A stretch of DNA of 64,000 nt from Eledone cirrhosa (taxonomy: Eukaryota), in assembly GCA_964016885.1 (NCBI GenBank), contig OZ024740.1, forward strand, positions 406,410,001 to 406,474,000. The letters are read 5' to 3'. The notes beneath the pieces were generated by a model. The model made no database searches. It saw only the letters and a list, made by a program, of their open reading frames with translations, and was not told the DNA's origin. The translations under genes were made by a program, and so were the position numbers. Below are positions 9,529 through 23,828 of the stretch, in pieces; position 1 is the stretch's first letter; each line of letters starts with the position of its first letter.

Positions 9529-10907
9529 TACATATATATATACATATATTAATAACAATAATAACAACAATAATAATAATGACAACAACAACAATAATAA
9601 TATACATATACACACACGCATAAACATATCTATACACACACACACGATAGCAACTAACAGCGCTGCGATCAAATGTGGCTTTTTAGCCCAGCCAATGATC
9701 TAAAATGTCTTGCACAGAGTCGGCAACCAAAACATTCAATGGGAATAGCCGGCTGTGGTTGGAGTTCATGTACTTTTGCATGTCGCTTGAGCCCTCCTGC
9801 TGATTTACATTCTCCACCACATGCTTGGCAAGCATGATGAGTAGCATCTCCAACAGCAGCCTGGTAGTCAACCACTGGTCTTACTTTATGACTACGAAGA
9901 TGACTTTCGAGTTCAGCTTTGCTTAGGCAGAGTCTCGCACAGACGCTGCATGTCAGCACCATAGGAGGACCCTCGCCATCTGGAAGTGCAACAGCAATGC
10001 CCTTCCTCACATACCGCTTTACTTTCTCGTATGCGATTCGAGATGCCTCAAAGGCAACTTTTCCCTCATATACAGTCTTTCTCCATTTATTACGATCAGC
10101 AGCAATATTTTCCCATGTATCAGCAGAGATGTTAGCGTCTTTCAGAGAGGCTTTCAAGGAATCCTTATACCTCTTTTTTGGTTGATGTGGTGGTCGTTTT
10201 CCTTTAACTAACTCTCCATAAAAGAGTTGTTTTGGTATTCTAGAATCCTTCATCTTGGCAAGATGCCCACTCCAACGGAGTCGTTGCTTAAGCACAAGAG
10301 CTTCTATACTGTCACACAGAGAGCTTTCCAAAATCTCGACATCACTGATGTGGTCCCTCCAGTGAACGCCAATGGAGCCGTCTGAGACACATCTGATGGA
10401 AACGCTCCAATTGCTTAAGGTGGTGTCGATATGTGACCCAGGTCTCGCAGGCATAAAGAAGACAAGAGAGCACACATGCCTTGTACACCTTTACCTTTGT
10501 CCTCCTGCATTGTCTCGCCGACCCCAGAGTCGCCTTTCTAGCTTTCCGAAAGCATCACTTGCTTTCCTAATCCTAAGTGAGATTTCACTATCAAGGTTGC
10601 TGTATCGATTGACAGTGCTTCCCAGGTAGACAAACTGATCAACCACTCCAAGTCGTTTACCATACACATAGATATTTGGTTCAGTGTACTGCTTACAAGG
10701 GGCAGGTTGGTACATGACGACGGTTTTCTTGAGACTGACAGTCAATCCTAGGGCAGTGCAGGCATCAGAAAATGCATTCAAAATGTGCTGCATATCACTC
10801 TCTGTGTGCGCTATAAGATCGCAATCATCTGCATACAAGAGGTCTCTTATGATTGATGTAAATACTTTTGTCTTTGCAGCAATGCGCCTGATGTTAAATA
10901 CGCTGCC
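9361..10907 (-). mobile_element. RTE family C, 5'-truncated (RT C-terminal half + C2H2 fingers), frameshifted
   Basis: Encodes [17 protein letters not shown] and RLRWSGHL; homologous to 56131-57608. Confidence 0.92.
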
Positions 10908-11025
10908 ATACATATATACATACATACATATATGTATATATACATATATATATACATACATACATATATATATATATATACATACATACATATATATATA
11001 TAAATATATATACATATACATACAT

Positions 11026-11234
11026 AAATTATTTAGCCTGATAGTGGGGTTAAGAACCCTCGGGGAAATGGAAAAAGATGAGTATTGACGTACAGCTTTT
11101 TCCATTTCCACGAGGGTTCTTAACCCCACTATCAGGTTAAATAATTTCTTTAATTTCTTTAATCAAAATACGGCGAAAGCTTACATTTATAATAATTTCA
11201 AACCCGCTCGCTGTTTCGAAAATATTCTTACTTG
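11026..11234. repeat. Unclassified fold-back insert: 52-bp inverted repeat with 18-nt loop plus about 87 bp unique tail
   Basis: 11026-11077 vs 11096-11147, two mismatches; microsatellite on both sides. Confidence 0.85.
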
Positions 11235-11270
11235 ATATACATATATATATACATACATACATATATAAAT

Positions 11271-11589
11271 GGTGGCTGCCAACTCGTTTTCGAGTACGGC
11301 CACTACTTTATATCCATGTAGGAGAACCCCTACCGATGCGCTGAACGAGTGTGACTTTTTAGTCTAGCCAGCGACTTGAAAACTCTGGTACAAACACTAC
11401 ACCTGTGACAATTATTGACACATATTGCTGGGACCATGGTACCATGTGACGACAAGTGAAGAGAGATCTCCAGATATAAAGCAATGCCTGTGCCATGAAG
11501 CTTTTATAGTGAGCAAAAGCACTGCACAAAGCCAGTCCCACTCTCTTAACCAAGATGATATTTAACAAAAAAGAAGAACAAGTAAACAT
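11271..11589 (-). mobile_element. Family D bipartite element, 5'-truncated
   Basis: Homologous to 17896-18213. Confidence 0.85.
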
Positions 11590-11688
11590 ACATATATATA
11601 GATACATACATATATACATACATACATACATACATATACATACATACATATATATATATATACATACATATATACATACATACATATA

Positions 11689-11724
<36 letters not shown>

Positions 11725-11905
11725 TATATACATACATACATATATATATACATACATACATACATATATATACATACATACATACATATATATATATACA
11801 TACATACATATATATATATACATACATATATACATACATACATATATATATATATACATACATACATACATATATATATATACATACATACATACATATA
11901 TATAT

Positions 11906-11936
<31 letters not shown>

Positions 11937-12173
11937 CATACATACATACATATATATATATACATACATACATATATATATATACATACATACATACATA
12001 TATATATATACATACATACATATATATATATACATACATACATATATATATATACATACATACATATATATATATACATACATACATATATATATATACA
12101 TACATACATATATATATATACATACATACATATATATATATATACATACATACATACATATATATATACATAC

Positions 12174-12207
<34 letters not shown>

Positions 12208-12219
12208 ATACATACATAC

Positions 12220-12253
<34 letters not shown>

Positions 12254-12560
12254 ACATACATACATACATATATATACATACATACATACATATATATACA
12301 TACATACATACATATATATATATATATACATACATACATATATATACATACATACATACATACATATACATACATATATATATATATATACATACATACA
12401 TATATATATATATATACATACATACATATATATATATACATACATACATATATATATATACATACATACATATATATATATACATACATACATACATATA
12501 CATACATACATACATATACATACATACATACATATACATACATACATACATACACATACA

Positions 12561-12594
<34 letters not shown>

Positions 12595-12603
12595 CATACA
12601 TAT

Positions 12604-12638
<35 letters not shown>

Positions 12639-12639
12639 C

Positions 12640-12674
<35 letters not shown>

Positions 12675-13104
12675 CATACATACATACATACATATATATA
12701 TATATACATATATACATACACATATATATACATATATACATACACACATATATATATATACATATATACATACACATATATATACATATATACATACACA
12801 CATATATATATATACATACATACATACATATATATATACATACATACGACAAGTGCTAAATAGATTGTTTGCCAGAGATCCTAAATCAGTTTATCGCAGC
12901 TTCGGTGGCAAAAGCTCAATCTCTGTAAATGACACCCCTTCAAAAGAACAGGTTGAGAGCTACTGGAGATCTGTATGAGAAACGGATGACGGATTCAACA
13001 GACAAGCTAATTGGCTAAAAGAACTGGAACAGGACTACTGCCAACATGTCCAGACAAAACAATATGACATAGATGGGTCAATACTGGAAACAGCTCTACA
13101 GAAA

Positions 13105-14847
13105 ATGTCGAATAGGAAATCGCCAGGCCCAGACCTCATTACAGGATACTGGTTGAAGAATTTCACTTTCTATCGGCAAGATCTCATACGGCTGTTTACA
13201 GAAACCATTAAGGGCACACAAGAACTGCCCAGATGGTTATCAACTGCCTCTACTCTCCTCATTCCCAAAAATAGCCAAACCACCCTTGCTAAAAATTACC
13301 GCCCAATTGCCTGCCAAAACATCATGTATAAATTATATACTGGGTGCCTTAACCTGTTCTTACAGGATCACTGTGCTACCAACAACATCATAACACCTGA
13401 GCAAGCTGGTGGAAAGAGGGAGGTGTGGGGTTGCATAGATCACCTAACTAACAAAATGATTCAGGAAAAAACAACAAAGAATCGCAGAAACATGACTGTC
13501 GTGTGGCTGGACTATCAAAAAGCATTTGATAGTGTACCTCATGGGTGGATTGTTAAGGCTTTACAGTTAGCTAAAGTCCCACAACCATTGGTAGCTGCTG
13601 TTGAACGCCTGACCAAGGACTGGTACACCAGTTTGATCCTTAGAGGTGAGAAGGAGCAGGTTAAGACTGATAAGATACATTACCAGAAGGGCATCTTTCA
13701 GGGTGATAGCTTGTCAGTACTACTCTTCGTTCTCTCACTGAATCCACTATCTTACCTACTCAGGAAACAAGGTGGACAAAGAAGTTGGCCCAGAAGTATC
13801 TCCCATCTTTTCTTTGTTGATGACCTGAAGTTGTATGGGCCAAATATCAATGACATCAAGAAACAATTGGACCTCATTACACAATTTTCAACCGACATCA
13901 AAATGAAATTTGGTGAGTCCAAGTGTGCATATTTGGCAGTAAAACGTGGAAGAGCTGTGCCCTCCTCTAGAAATTTAGATATGAACGGCCTGACAATACA
14001 ACCTCTGCAGTCAGGTGACAACTACAGATATCTTGGACAGGATGAGAATGTCAGATATGATGGACCCATAAATAAGGAGAGAACCAGAACTGAATACCTC
14101 AGAAGAGTAAAAAAAATATGGTCATCAGAACTGTCAGCATACAACAAATACATTGCCCACAATACCTATGCTGTGCCAATTATAACGCCAACATTTGGCC
14201 TACTGAACTGGTCATTGCAAGAACTAAGTGAGATGGATGTTAGAACTCGTAAACTTCTCAGTGTTACTGGGAACTTTAACATCAATGGTGATGTGGATAG
14301 GCTATACTTCTCACGCAAGGAAGGTGGCCGGGGTCTAAAATCAATATTAACAACATATGAGACCCGGATAGTAACACTGAAGCAACACCTTCAACAGAGG
14401 AAAAAGGTTGGCGACCATCTTGCTCAGGTTTATGAGCATGAAAAAAGAAATATCATTAGAATAGCGACTGATCTGGAGGAGAGATATGGAATAAAGCCTG
14501 ATATAAATCTCTCACCCAGAGAAATCGGAAGATCCTATTCAATGTTCAAACAAGAAAAAAAAATTGACCAATTTACAGAGAAAGTTGTGCATGGATACTT
14601 GAGGCGTAAAACACAGACCATAGAGGGGATAAACCACTCAAAAAGCCTGGCATGGAGTTCCGACAAGTTTATGACATCACACCTTGAGGGATATCTCTAT
14701 GCAATACAGGAACAAGAACTCCCTACCAAATATCTGCTGCACAAAAGAGGAGGGCCAGCAGCTGACAATAAATGTAGGCTATGTAAAACAAAGATCGAGG
14801 ATGTAAGCCACATTGTTGCCAGCTGCGAAAGAATGTCATCTCGCTAA
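13105..14847 (+). pseudogene. R4-type reverse transcriptase and zinc knuckle (stop-interrupted ORF)
   Basis: 580-aa open stretch; TAA at 14845 separates it from the in-frame endonuclease domain. Confidence 0.85.
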
Positions 14848-14856
14848 TACCTCCCC

Positions 14857-15345
14857 ATGAGACACGATGGGATAGCTAGAACTATCTGGAACGCACTTCG
14901 GAAAACAAAATTAACAACAAACGAGGAAGAATATATTGAGACAGATGGCACTAAGGAATACTGGTGGAACCTGAAAATAAAAACTGCCACCAAATTAAAG
15001 CACAACCGGCCTGATATTGTAGTTTGGGACCACACATTGAAAACGTGTTCTGTTGTGGAGATCAGCTGCCCACTTGATGTAAACGTTGTCAGAAAAATAC
15101 AGGAGAAGGAGGACATCTACGGACCATTGATGAGGAGCTTACAAATCCAGTATCCAAGATACACCTTTAGCATCATACCCATCATTATTGGTGCTACGGG
15201 TTATATACCAACCCGCTTGGACCAAAGTATGACCGAACTTGGATTTGCGGACAAAAAGCGCAGCTCCCGAATTCATAGTCTACAAATGGCTGCGATAGCT
15301 GGCACCTTCAAAATATGCAAAACATTCTTGCGATTCAAGGGATGA
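14857..15345 (+). pseudogene. Restriction-like endonuclease (PD..E.K-type) domain of the R4 element
   Basis: [30 protein letters not shown]. Confidence 0.85.
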
Positions 15346-15442
15346 CAATTTCTTTTCTTTTACAACCTTGCCACCAGGAAGGTGGCCGGTCAAAAAAATA
15401 TACTCGAAATTAAGAGAAAGAGAAAACATACATATATATATA

Positions 15443-15478
<36 letters not shown>

Positions 15479-15570
15479 TATACATACATACATACATACA
15501 TATATATACATACATACATATATATATACATACATATATATATACATACATACATACATATATACATACA

Positions 15571-15602
<32 letters not shown>

Positions 15603-15667
15603 CATACATACATACATACATATATATACATACATACATATATATATGTATATATATATATATACAC

Positions 15668-15724
<57 letters not shown>

Positions 15725-15729
15725 CATAC

Positions 15730-15764
<35 letters not shown>

Positions 15765-15769
15765 CATAC

Positions 15770-16000
<231 letters not shown>

Positions 16001-16471
16001 CATACATACATATATACATACATACATATATATACATACATACACACATACATACATATATATACATACATACATATATATACATACATACATATATATA
16101 TACATACATACATACATATATACATACATACATATATATATATATATACATACATACATACATACATATATATACATATATATATATACATACATACATA
16201 CATATACATATATATATATATACATATATACATACATATACATATATATACATATATATATATATATACATATATACATACATATACATATATATATATA
16301 TACATATATACATACATATACATATATATATATAAACATATATACATACATATACATATATATATATATACATATATACATACATATACATATATATATA
16401 TATACATATATACATATATATATATATACATATATACATATATATATATATACATATATACATATATATAC

Positions 16472-16504
<33 letters not shown>

Positions 16505-16539
16505 CATACATATATATATACATATATACATATATATAC

Positions 16540-16572
<33 letters not shown>

Positions 16573-16627
16573 CATACATACATATATATATACATATATA
16601 TATATATACATATATATATATACATAC

Positions 16628-16658
<31 letters not shown>

Positions 16659-16850
16659 CATATATACTTATATATATACATACATATATATATACATACA
16701 TATATATATACATACATATATATATATACATATATATATACATACATATATATATATACATATATATATACATACATATATATATATACATATATATATA
16801 CATACATATATATATATACATATATATATACATACATATATATATATACA

Positions 16851-16882
<32 letters not shown>

Positions 16883-17133
16883 CATATATATACATATATA
16901 TATACATACATATATATATATACATACATACATATATATATACATACATATATATATATACATACATACATATATATATACATACATACATATATATATA
17001 CATACATATATATATATACATACATACATATATATATACATACATATATATATATACATACATACATATATATATACATACATATATATATACATACATA
17101 TATATATATATACATACATACATATATATATAT

Positions 17134-17210
<77 letters not shown>

Positions 17211-17224
17211 CATACATATATATA

Positions 17225-17364
<140 letters not shown>

Positions 17365-17370
17365 CATACA

Positions 17371-17402
<32 letters not shown>

Positions 17403-17460
17403 CATATATACATCCATACATATATACATCCATACATATATATATACATACATATATATA

Positions 17461-17496
<36 letters not shown>

Positions 17497-17500
17497 TACA

Positions 17501-17536
<36 letters not shown>

Positions 17537-17711
17537 TACATACATACATACATATATATACATACATACATACATATATATACATACATACATACATATA
17601 TATACATACATACATATATATATATATATACATAGATACATACATATACATAGATACATACATATATATACATACATACATATATATACATACATACATA
17701 CATATACATAC

Positions 17712-17750
<39 letters not shown>

Positions 17751-17895
17751 CATATATATACATACATACATACATATATATACATACATACATATATATA
17801 CATACATACATATATATACATACATACATATATATACATACATACATATATATACATACATACATACATATACATACATACATACATATACATAT

Positions 17896-18462
17896 GGTGG
17901 CTGCCAACTCGTTTTCGAGTACGGCCACTACTTTATATCCATGTAGGAGAACCCCTACCGATTCGCTGAACGAGTATGACTTTTTAGTCCAGCCAGCGAC
18001 TTGAAAACTCGGGTACAAACACTACACTTGTGACAATTATTGACACATAGTTCTGGGCCCATGGTACCATGTGACGGCAAGTGCAGAGAGATCTCCAGAT
18101 ATAAAGCAATGCCTGTGCCGTGAAGCTTTTATAGTGAGCAAAGGCACTGCACAAAGCCAGTCCCACTCTCTTAACCAAGATGATATTTACCAAAAAGAAG
18201 AACAAGTCAACATCATTGGATACCATCAGGGTTGCAGGTGTTATATCACAGTTTTCCTTCTCCTAGAATTCTGCCTTAACAAAGGCTAAGGGGTCATCTC
18301 TCCCAGTGATTTTGGATGGCCATTGACTCTTAAGAGCTCCTTTGTCCTTTGACAGATTTTGTTTTTAGTCCTGCAGGATGTCCAAAGTCACCCTCCTCAC
18401 CAAGAAACCTTAGTGGGGTTGCCAGTTTAGTCGCCAACGACCCGACCATGAGACAGGTTGTA
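17896..18462 (-). mobile_element. Family D bipartite RTE-derived non-autonomous element (longest copy, about 570 bp)
   Basis: The 5' part is homologous to the family C 5' UTR (cactgggag...ctaggagaagg...gagagtggga...cacaggcattgc). The 3' part encodes a SLAGLKSH remnant and ends in the ggcc.tactcga.aacgag..ggcagcca stem-loop. Confidence 0.88.
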
Positions 18463-18603
18463 GACATATACATATATATATATACATACATACATATACA
18501 TATATATATATACATACATACATATACATATATATATATACATACATATATATATATATACATACATATATATATATATATATACATACATACATATATA
18601 TAC

Positions 18604-18637
<34 letters not shown>

Positions 18638-18729
18638 ACATACATATATATATATACATACATACATATATATACATACATACATATATATACATACATA
18701 CATATATATACATACATACATATATATAC

Positions 18730-18766
<37 letters not shown>

Positions 18767-18807
18767 CATACATACATACATATATATACATACATACATA
18801 CATATAT

Positions 18808-18838
<31 letters not shown>

Positions 18839-18894
18839 CATACATACATATATACATACATACATATACATATATACATACATACATATATATA

Positions 18895-18926
<32 letters not shown>

Positions 18927-18932
18927 CATACA

Positions 18933-21845
18933 TGGTGGAGGGGTGGGTCTGCTAGATTCATTGAGGGTAAAAAACGATGTTATAAGCTTTTCTGGGTGGG
19001 AAACGACGATGGGCTGGGTGGAGTAGGAATCATGGTAGCAGAAAAGTGGGCAGATAAGATAATAGACGTAAATAGAGTGAACGACAGAATAATTAAAATA
19101 CGACTTGTCCTCAATAGAACTACGGTGACAGTAATATCTGCGTACGCACCCCAATCCGGACTGCCCGGCACTATAAAAGACAGATTCTATGAGACACTGA
19201 TGCTAACTACCTCCCAAATATCCGACAGTGACTATATAATTATTGCAGGCGACCTAAATGGTCACGTTGGACAACATTGTGACGGCTACGACGAAATCCA
19301 TGGAGGCTATGGGTTTGGTACTAGAAATGAGGAAGGCTCCAGAATCCTGGAATTCTGTGATGCAAATAACCTAACTATCTGTAACACTAACTTCAAAAAA
19401 TGTGACAATCACCTGATCACCTATAGATCCGGGGAACACACAAGCCAGGTAGATTATATCCTTACCAGAAGACGTGACAGAGTGTCTGTTGTAAACACTA
19501 AATCCCTCTCCCAACATAGACTCATAATTAGCGACCTCATAGTCAGGACGAGACGTACTCGACAGCAGAAGAGGACTATCCTCAGGAGAAAAATATGGAA
19601 GCTAAAGGACCCCACAGCCAGGAATAAATTTCAAAGCATATTACTTGATGCTTTCGACAGTAAGGAAGAACATTTAGAGTCGGACAATATAGAGGGAGAG
19701 TGGGAATTTCTGAAAGCAAACCTGCTGTTGGCGACAGACGAAGTCTGTGGCTGGAGCAGGCCTGTAGGCAGGAGGAGAGTAACATGGTGGTGGAACAGTA
19801 AGGTGGAGGGGTCAATTAAGGCCAAAAAGCAGGCTTGGAAAGTATGGCAGGATGGGGGAAGTAGAGAAGACTATCAAGTGGCCAGGAGGGAAGCTAGGAG
19901 ACAAGTGTACTTAGCAAGAAGGGAAGCTGAGGAAAGAAAGTTCAAGCATGTTCTACAACGCGATGACCAAAAACGTGAGGTGTTCAGGATTGCTAGGCAA
20001 TGCGTCAAGGAAAACCGTGATATTGTCGGGGAGAAGTGTGTACTAAACGACGATGGCACACTTGCCATCACCGACGCTGATAAGAAGGTAGCTTGGAAGT
20101 GTCACTATGAAAGGCTACTAAATAAGGAGAATAAATGGGAGAAAGACAGTCTCCCCCATATTGACCCAATAGGGGGACCAGCAGTGTTAGTCGAGGGGAA
20201 TATAATAAGTAAGGCAATCAAGGATATGAAGATAGGTAAGGCGGCTGGGCCTTCGGAAATAGTTGCTGAGATGCTGAAGGCATCTGGCACGGTGGGACAC
20301 ACCATGGTCACCCGCTTAGTTAACCAAGTCGTACAGAATGGGGTTGTTCCGAAGGACTGGCATAGCAGCATCATCGTTAACTGTTATAAGGGTAAAGGAG
20401 ACGCCCTAGATAGGAGTAATTATAGAGGCATTAAATTAATCGACCAGGTCATGAAGGTCACGGAAGAAGTAATAGCACAACTAATCAGAGAGAGAATTGA
20501 CCTAGATGAAATGCAGTTCGGGTTTGTGTCAGGCAAAAGTACCACAGACGCTCTTTTCATTGTACGACAACTACAAGAGAAGTACCTAGCTAAAGGTAAA
20601 CCCCTCTACTTAGCTTTTGTCGACTTGGAGAAAGCCTTCGACAGAGTCCCCCGCTCCATTATCTGGTGGGCTCTTAGAAAACTAGGCGTTGACGAATGGC
20701 TTGTGAGAGCTATACAAGCCATGTATAAAGAAACAGTCAGCAAGGTTAGAATTAACAACGAATATAGTGAAGAGTTTAGCGTAAAAGTTGGCGTCCATCA
20801 GGGCTCTGTTCTCAGCCCCCTACTATTTATTATTGCCCTTCAGGCTATAACAGAGGAGTTCAAGACCGGCTACCCATGGGAACTCCTATACGCAGACGAC
20901 CTGACACTCATAGCGGAATCAATGGCCGAGCTAGAGAAGAAATTCCAAACATGGAAGCACGGCCTAGAATCAAAAGGCCTTAAAATTAACCTGGCTAAGA
21001 CTAAAGTTCTAGTTTGTAGAAAAGAAAATAAGGCGGCGGTCCCTTCTGGGAAATGGTCGTGCTCGGTGTGTAGGAAAGGCGTAGGTAGAAACTCCATTTT
21101 ATGTCCTAAATGCAAAGTATGGGTGCATAAAAGATGTAGTGGGATCACAGGTAAGCTAACTAAGAACATAGATTTTACATGTGGCCGGTGCTCTGTTGCA
21201 ATAAATAGCAGCAAGTGCCCACAAAATACTAGCTCTTTCAATTGCGCAGAGGGTTCTATAGAAATAATGGACAGTTTCCGTTACCTGGGTGATAAAATCA
21301 GCAGTGGGGGAGGGTGCTCTGAAAGTACAGTAGCTAGAGTCAGAACTGGTTGGAAAAAGTTCAGAGAGCTTATACCACTATTAGCTGCTAAAGGGTTCTC
21401 CCTAAAAATGAAAGGCAGGTTGTACAATGCCTGCATACGAACAGCAATGTTGCATGGCAGTGAGACCTGGGCATTGTGTGCAGAGGATATACGCAGACTA
21501 GAGAGGAACGAAGCTTGCATGCTCCGCTGGATGTGTAACAGTAATATACGTGAACGGCAAAGCATAAACGAACTAAGGAAAAAATTAGAAATAAGAGGGA
21601 TCAGATGTTGTTTACTCGAGAGAAGGCTACGTTGGTATGGACACATGATGTGCATGAAAGTCGATAGCTGTATAACAAAGTGCAGGGCAATAAAGATAGA
21701 CGGTAGCCACGGAATAGGCAGACCTAGAAAAACCTGGGACGAGCTGATAAACTCCGACCTCACACACTTACACCTCTCCAAGACAATGTCACTGGACCGA
21801 GACCTTTGGCGGTACTCAGTAACAGAGAAGACCCGCCTTACCTAA
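18933..21845 (+). CDS. RTE ORF: APE endonuclease + reverse transcriptase + internal PHD finger (N-terminus missing; frame open from the truncation point)
   Basis: [60 protein letters not shown], and CSVC..CPKC..HKRC..CGRC. Confidence 0.85.
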   Translation, partial: WWRGGSARFIEGKKRCYKLFWVGNDDGLGGVGIMVAEKWADKIIDVNRVNDRIIKIRLVLNRTTVTVISAYAPQSGLPGTIKDRFYETLMLTTSQISDSDYIIIAGDLNGHVGQHCDGYDEIHGGYGFGTRNEEGSRILEFCDANNLTICNTNFKKCDNHLITYRSGEHTSQVDYILTRRRDRVSVVNTKSLSQHRLIISDLIVRTRRTRQQKRTILRRKIWKLKDPTARNKFQSILLDAFDSKEEHLESDNIEGEWEFLKANLLLATDEVCGWSRPVGRRRVTWWWNSKVEGSIKAKKQAWKVWQDGGSREDYQVARREARRQVYLARREAEERKFKHVLQRDDQKREVFRIARQCVKENRDIVGEKCVLNDDGTLAITDADKKVAWKCHYERLLNKENKWEKDSLPHIDPIGGPAVLVEGNIISKAIKDMKIGKAAGPSEIVAEMLKASGTVGHTMVTRLVNQVVQNGVVPKDWHSSIIVNCYKGKGDALDRSNYRGIKLIDQVMKVTEEVIAQLIRERIDLDEMQFGFVSGKSTTDALFIVRQLQEKYLAKGKPLYLAFVDLEKAFDRVPRSIIWWALRKLGVDEWLVRAIQAMYKETVSKVRINNEYSEEFSVKVGVHQGSVLSPLLFIIALQAITEEFKTGYPWELLYADDLTLIAESMAELEKKFQTWKHGLESKGLKINLAKTKVLVCRKENKAAVPSGKWSCSVCRKGVGRNSILCPKCKVWVHKRCSGITGKLTKNIDFTCGRCSVAINSSKCPQNTSSFNCAEGSIEIMDSFRYLGDKISSGGGCSESTVARVRTGWKKFRELIPLLAAKGFSLKMKGRLYNACIRTAMLHGSETWALCAEDIRRLERNEACMLRWMCNSNIRERQSINELRKKLEIRGIRCCLLERRLRWYGHMMCMKVDSCITKCRAIKIDGSHGIGRPRKTWDELINSDLTHLHLSKTMSLDRDLWRYSVTEKTRLT

Positions 21846-21895
21846 ATACATAGTAAAACCTACTACAGCTGCTAGGCATCTCTAACAAAATACCC
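18933..21895 (+). mobile_element. RTE family A LINE, slightly 5'-truncated, with 3' UTR cut short by a Tx1 fragment
   Basis: Single long APE-RT ORF typical of the RTE clade. Confidence 0.92.
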
Positions 21896-22940
21896 GAGAA
21901 AACTGGGCGCCTGGCACACTGAGTGTGCCCAGGCGCTCACCGCCCTCTGGCAGGCGGATCCGGTTATCAGTGGAGACTCCACCGCAACATTCTATAGAGG
22001 GCTGGTACGCAGCAGGTGCAACGACGCCCTCGGAGAAGCCCTAGACATGGAGGAGGACGAACTGGCCAGCCTGTTCGGTAGGACATTCAGCCCGGGACCT
22101 ATGGACAACTTCCAGAAGTCCCTGGCAGTGCTACCGAGGAGCTTTACCCGTTCGAGAAAGGCTCTACAGACACGGGCGCCCGGGTAGGGACCCCGCCAAA
22201 AAGATCTGTCCCAGATGCGTGTGCGACGAGGAAACCGTTGCACACGCACTGGTACACTGCTCGGGCGTAGCCGATCTGTGGGGCTATGTCGAACAACTGC
22301 TGTCAAGGGTGGGACCGATCCGGTTGACCACCGAGTCTATTGTAATGATCAAGCCGCCTCCCCCCTTCAAAGATGAAGCAGAGGCGGTGTTTCTGTGCGT
22401 AATAGCCATGGCGAAAGAGGTTGTATGGTGGACGCGTCTGAAAGGACTGAGGTCAGGCACCTTTCTCTCTAGCCAACAACTGGTCCGTTTCTTCCGATAT
22501 CATTTCGGAAGAAGGATCAGGATGGAGAGAGAGGTGCTGCACCCCAGTCGTTTTTATGAAAGGTGGGTGAAAGTGGCGAGAATGGCCCGTGTGAATGGGC
22601 CTTCTCTTTACATGAGCCTGTAGGTGGAAAAGAGGAAGGAACGAGGGAGCACTCCCTCTCTGTGCTCCTGAGGAAAAGGGTTGCACACTTTTTTCGGGGG
22701 TGTGTGCGACCCCCCAAGGCGCCTCCTCTCTACTGAGGATTTTGTTATAAATTTTATTTTTTGTTATATTTTGTAACAAAATCCTCTATTGAGGATTTTG
22801 TTATAATTCTATTTTTTGTTATATTTTATTTTATTTTTATATATTGTTATTGCCTCCTCCCTATTGAGGACGCCTTGTTTTGTAAACTCCCCCCATTGTA
22901 CTTGTCCCACTTTTGATGCCCTTGTGGCAAATAAAAGAAA
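21896..22940 (+). mobile_element. Tx1/L1-clade LINE 3' fragment
   Basis: CYRGALPV..ICPRCVCDEETVAHALVHC zinc-binding C-terminus; T-rich 3' UTR with a tandem duplication; ends aataaaagaaa. Confidence 0.75.
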
Positions 22941-22994
22941 CATATATATATATACAAACATACATATATATACATACATACATACATACATATG

Positions 22995-23042
<48 letters not shown>

Positions 23043-23093
23043 CATATACATACATATATATACATATATACATACATACATACATATACATAC

Positions 23094-23126
<33 letters not shown>

Positions 23127-23293
23127 CATACATACATATATATATACATACATATATATATACATACATACATACATATATACATACATACATATATATA
23201 TACATACATACATATATATATACATACATACATATATATATACATACATACATATATATATACATACATACATATATATATACATACATACAT

Positions 23294-23828
23294 ACGCACT
23301 TCGGAAAACAAAATCAACAACAAACGAGGAAGAATATATTGAGACAGATGGCACTAAGGAATACTGGTGGAACCTGAAAATAAAAACTGCCACCAAATTA
23401 AAGCACAACCGGCCTGATATTGTAGTTTGGGACCACACATTGAAAACGTGTTCTGTTGTGGAGATCAGCTGCCCACTTGATGTAAACGTTGTCAGAAAAA
23501 TACAGGAGAAGGAGGACATCTACGGACCATTGATGAGGAGTTTACAAATCCAGTATCCAAGATACACCTTTAGCTTCATACCCATCATTATTGGTGCTAC
23601 GGGTTATATACCAACCCGCTTGGACCAAAGTATGACTGAACTTGGATTTGCGGACAAAAAGCGCAGCTCCCTAATTCATAGTCTACAAATGGCTGCGATA
23701 GCTGGCACCTTCAAAATTTGCAAAACATTCTTGCGATTCAAGGGATGACAATTTCTTTTCTTTTACAACCTTGCCACCAGGAAGGTGGCCGGTCAAAAAA
23801 TATACTCAAAATTAAGAGAAAGAGAAAA
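23294..23828 (+). mobile_element. R4/Dong element 3' fragment (endonuclease domain + 3' UTR)
   Basis: Near-identical to 14891-15426. Confidence 0.92.

Larger units (their letters stand above)
12847..15426 (+). mobile_element. R4/Dong-clade non-LTR retrotransposon (RT + CCHC + restriction-like endonuclease), 5'-truncated, with premature stops
   Basis: RT motifs KSPGPD, NYRPIAC, WLDYQKAFDSVPH, GIFQGDSLS and LFFVDDLKLY; CCHC CRLC..HIVASC; endonuclease RHD..RPDIVV..VVEISCP..K..K..Y. The 3' UTR has hairpin GCCACC/GGTGGC. Confidence 0.88.

Noticed and set aside
19582-21781. Antisense ORFs overlapping RT genes (also 24827-27361, 55018-55468, 57373-59620)
   Set aside because: Shadow frames of LINE ORFs with no recognisable motifs.
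21903-21938. GC-rich hairpin at the RTE-Tx1 junction
   Set aside because: It lies in frame within the Tx1 coding remnant (KLGAWHTECAQAL); probably incidental.
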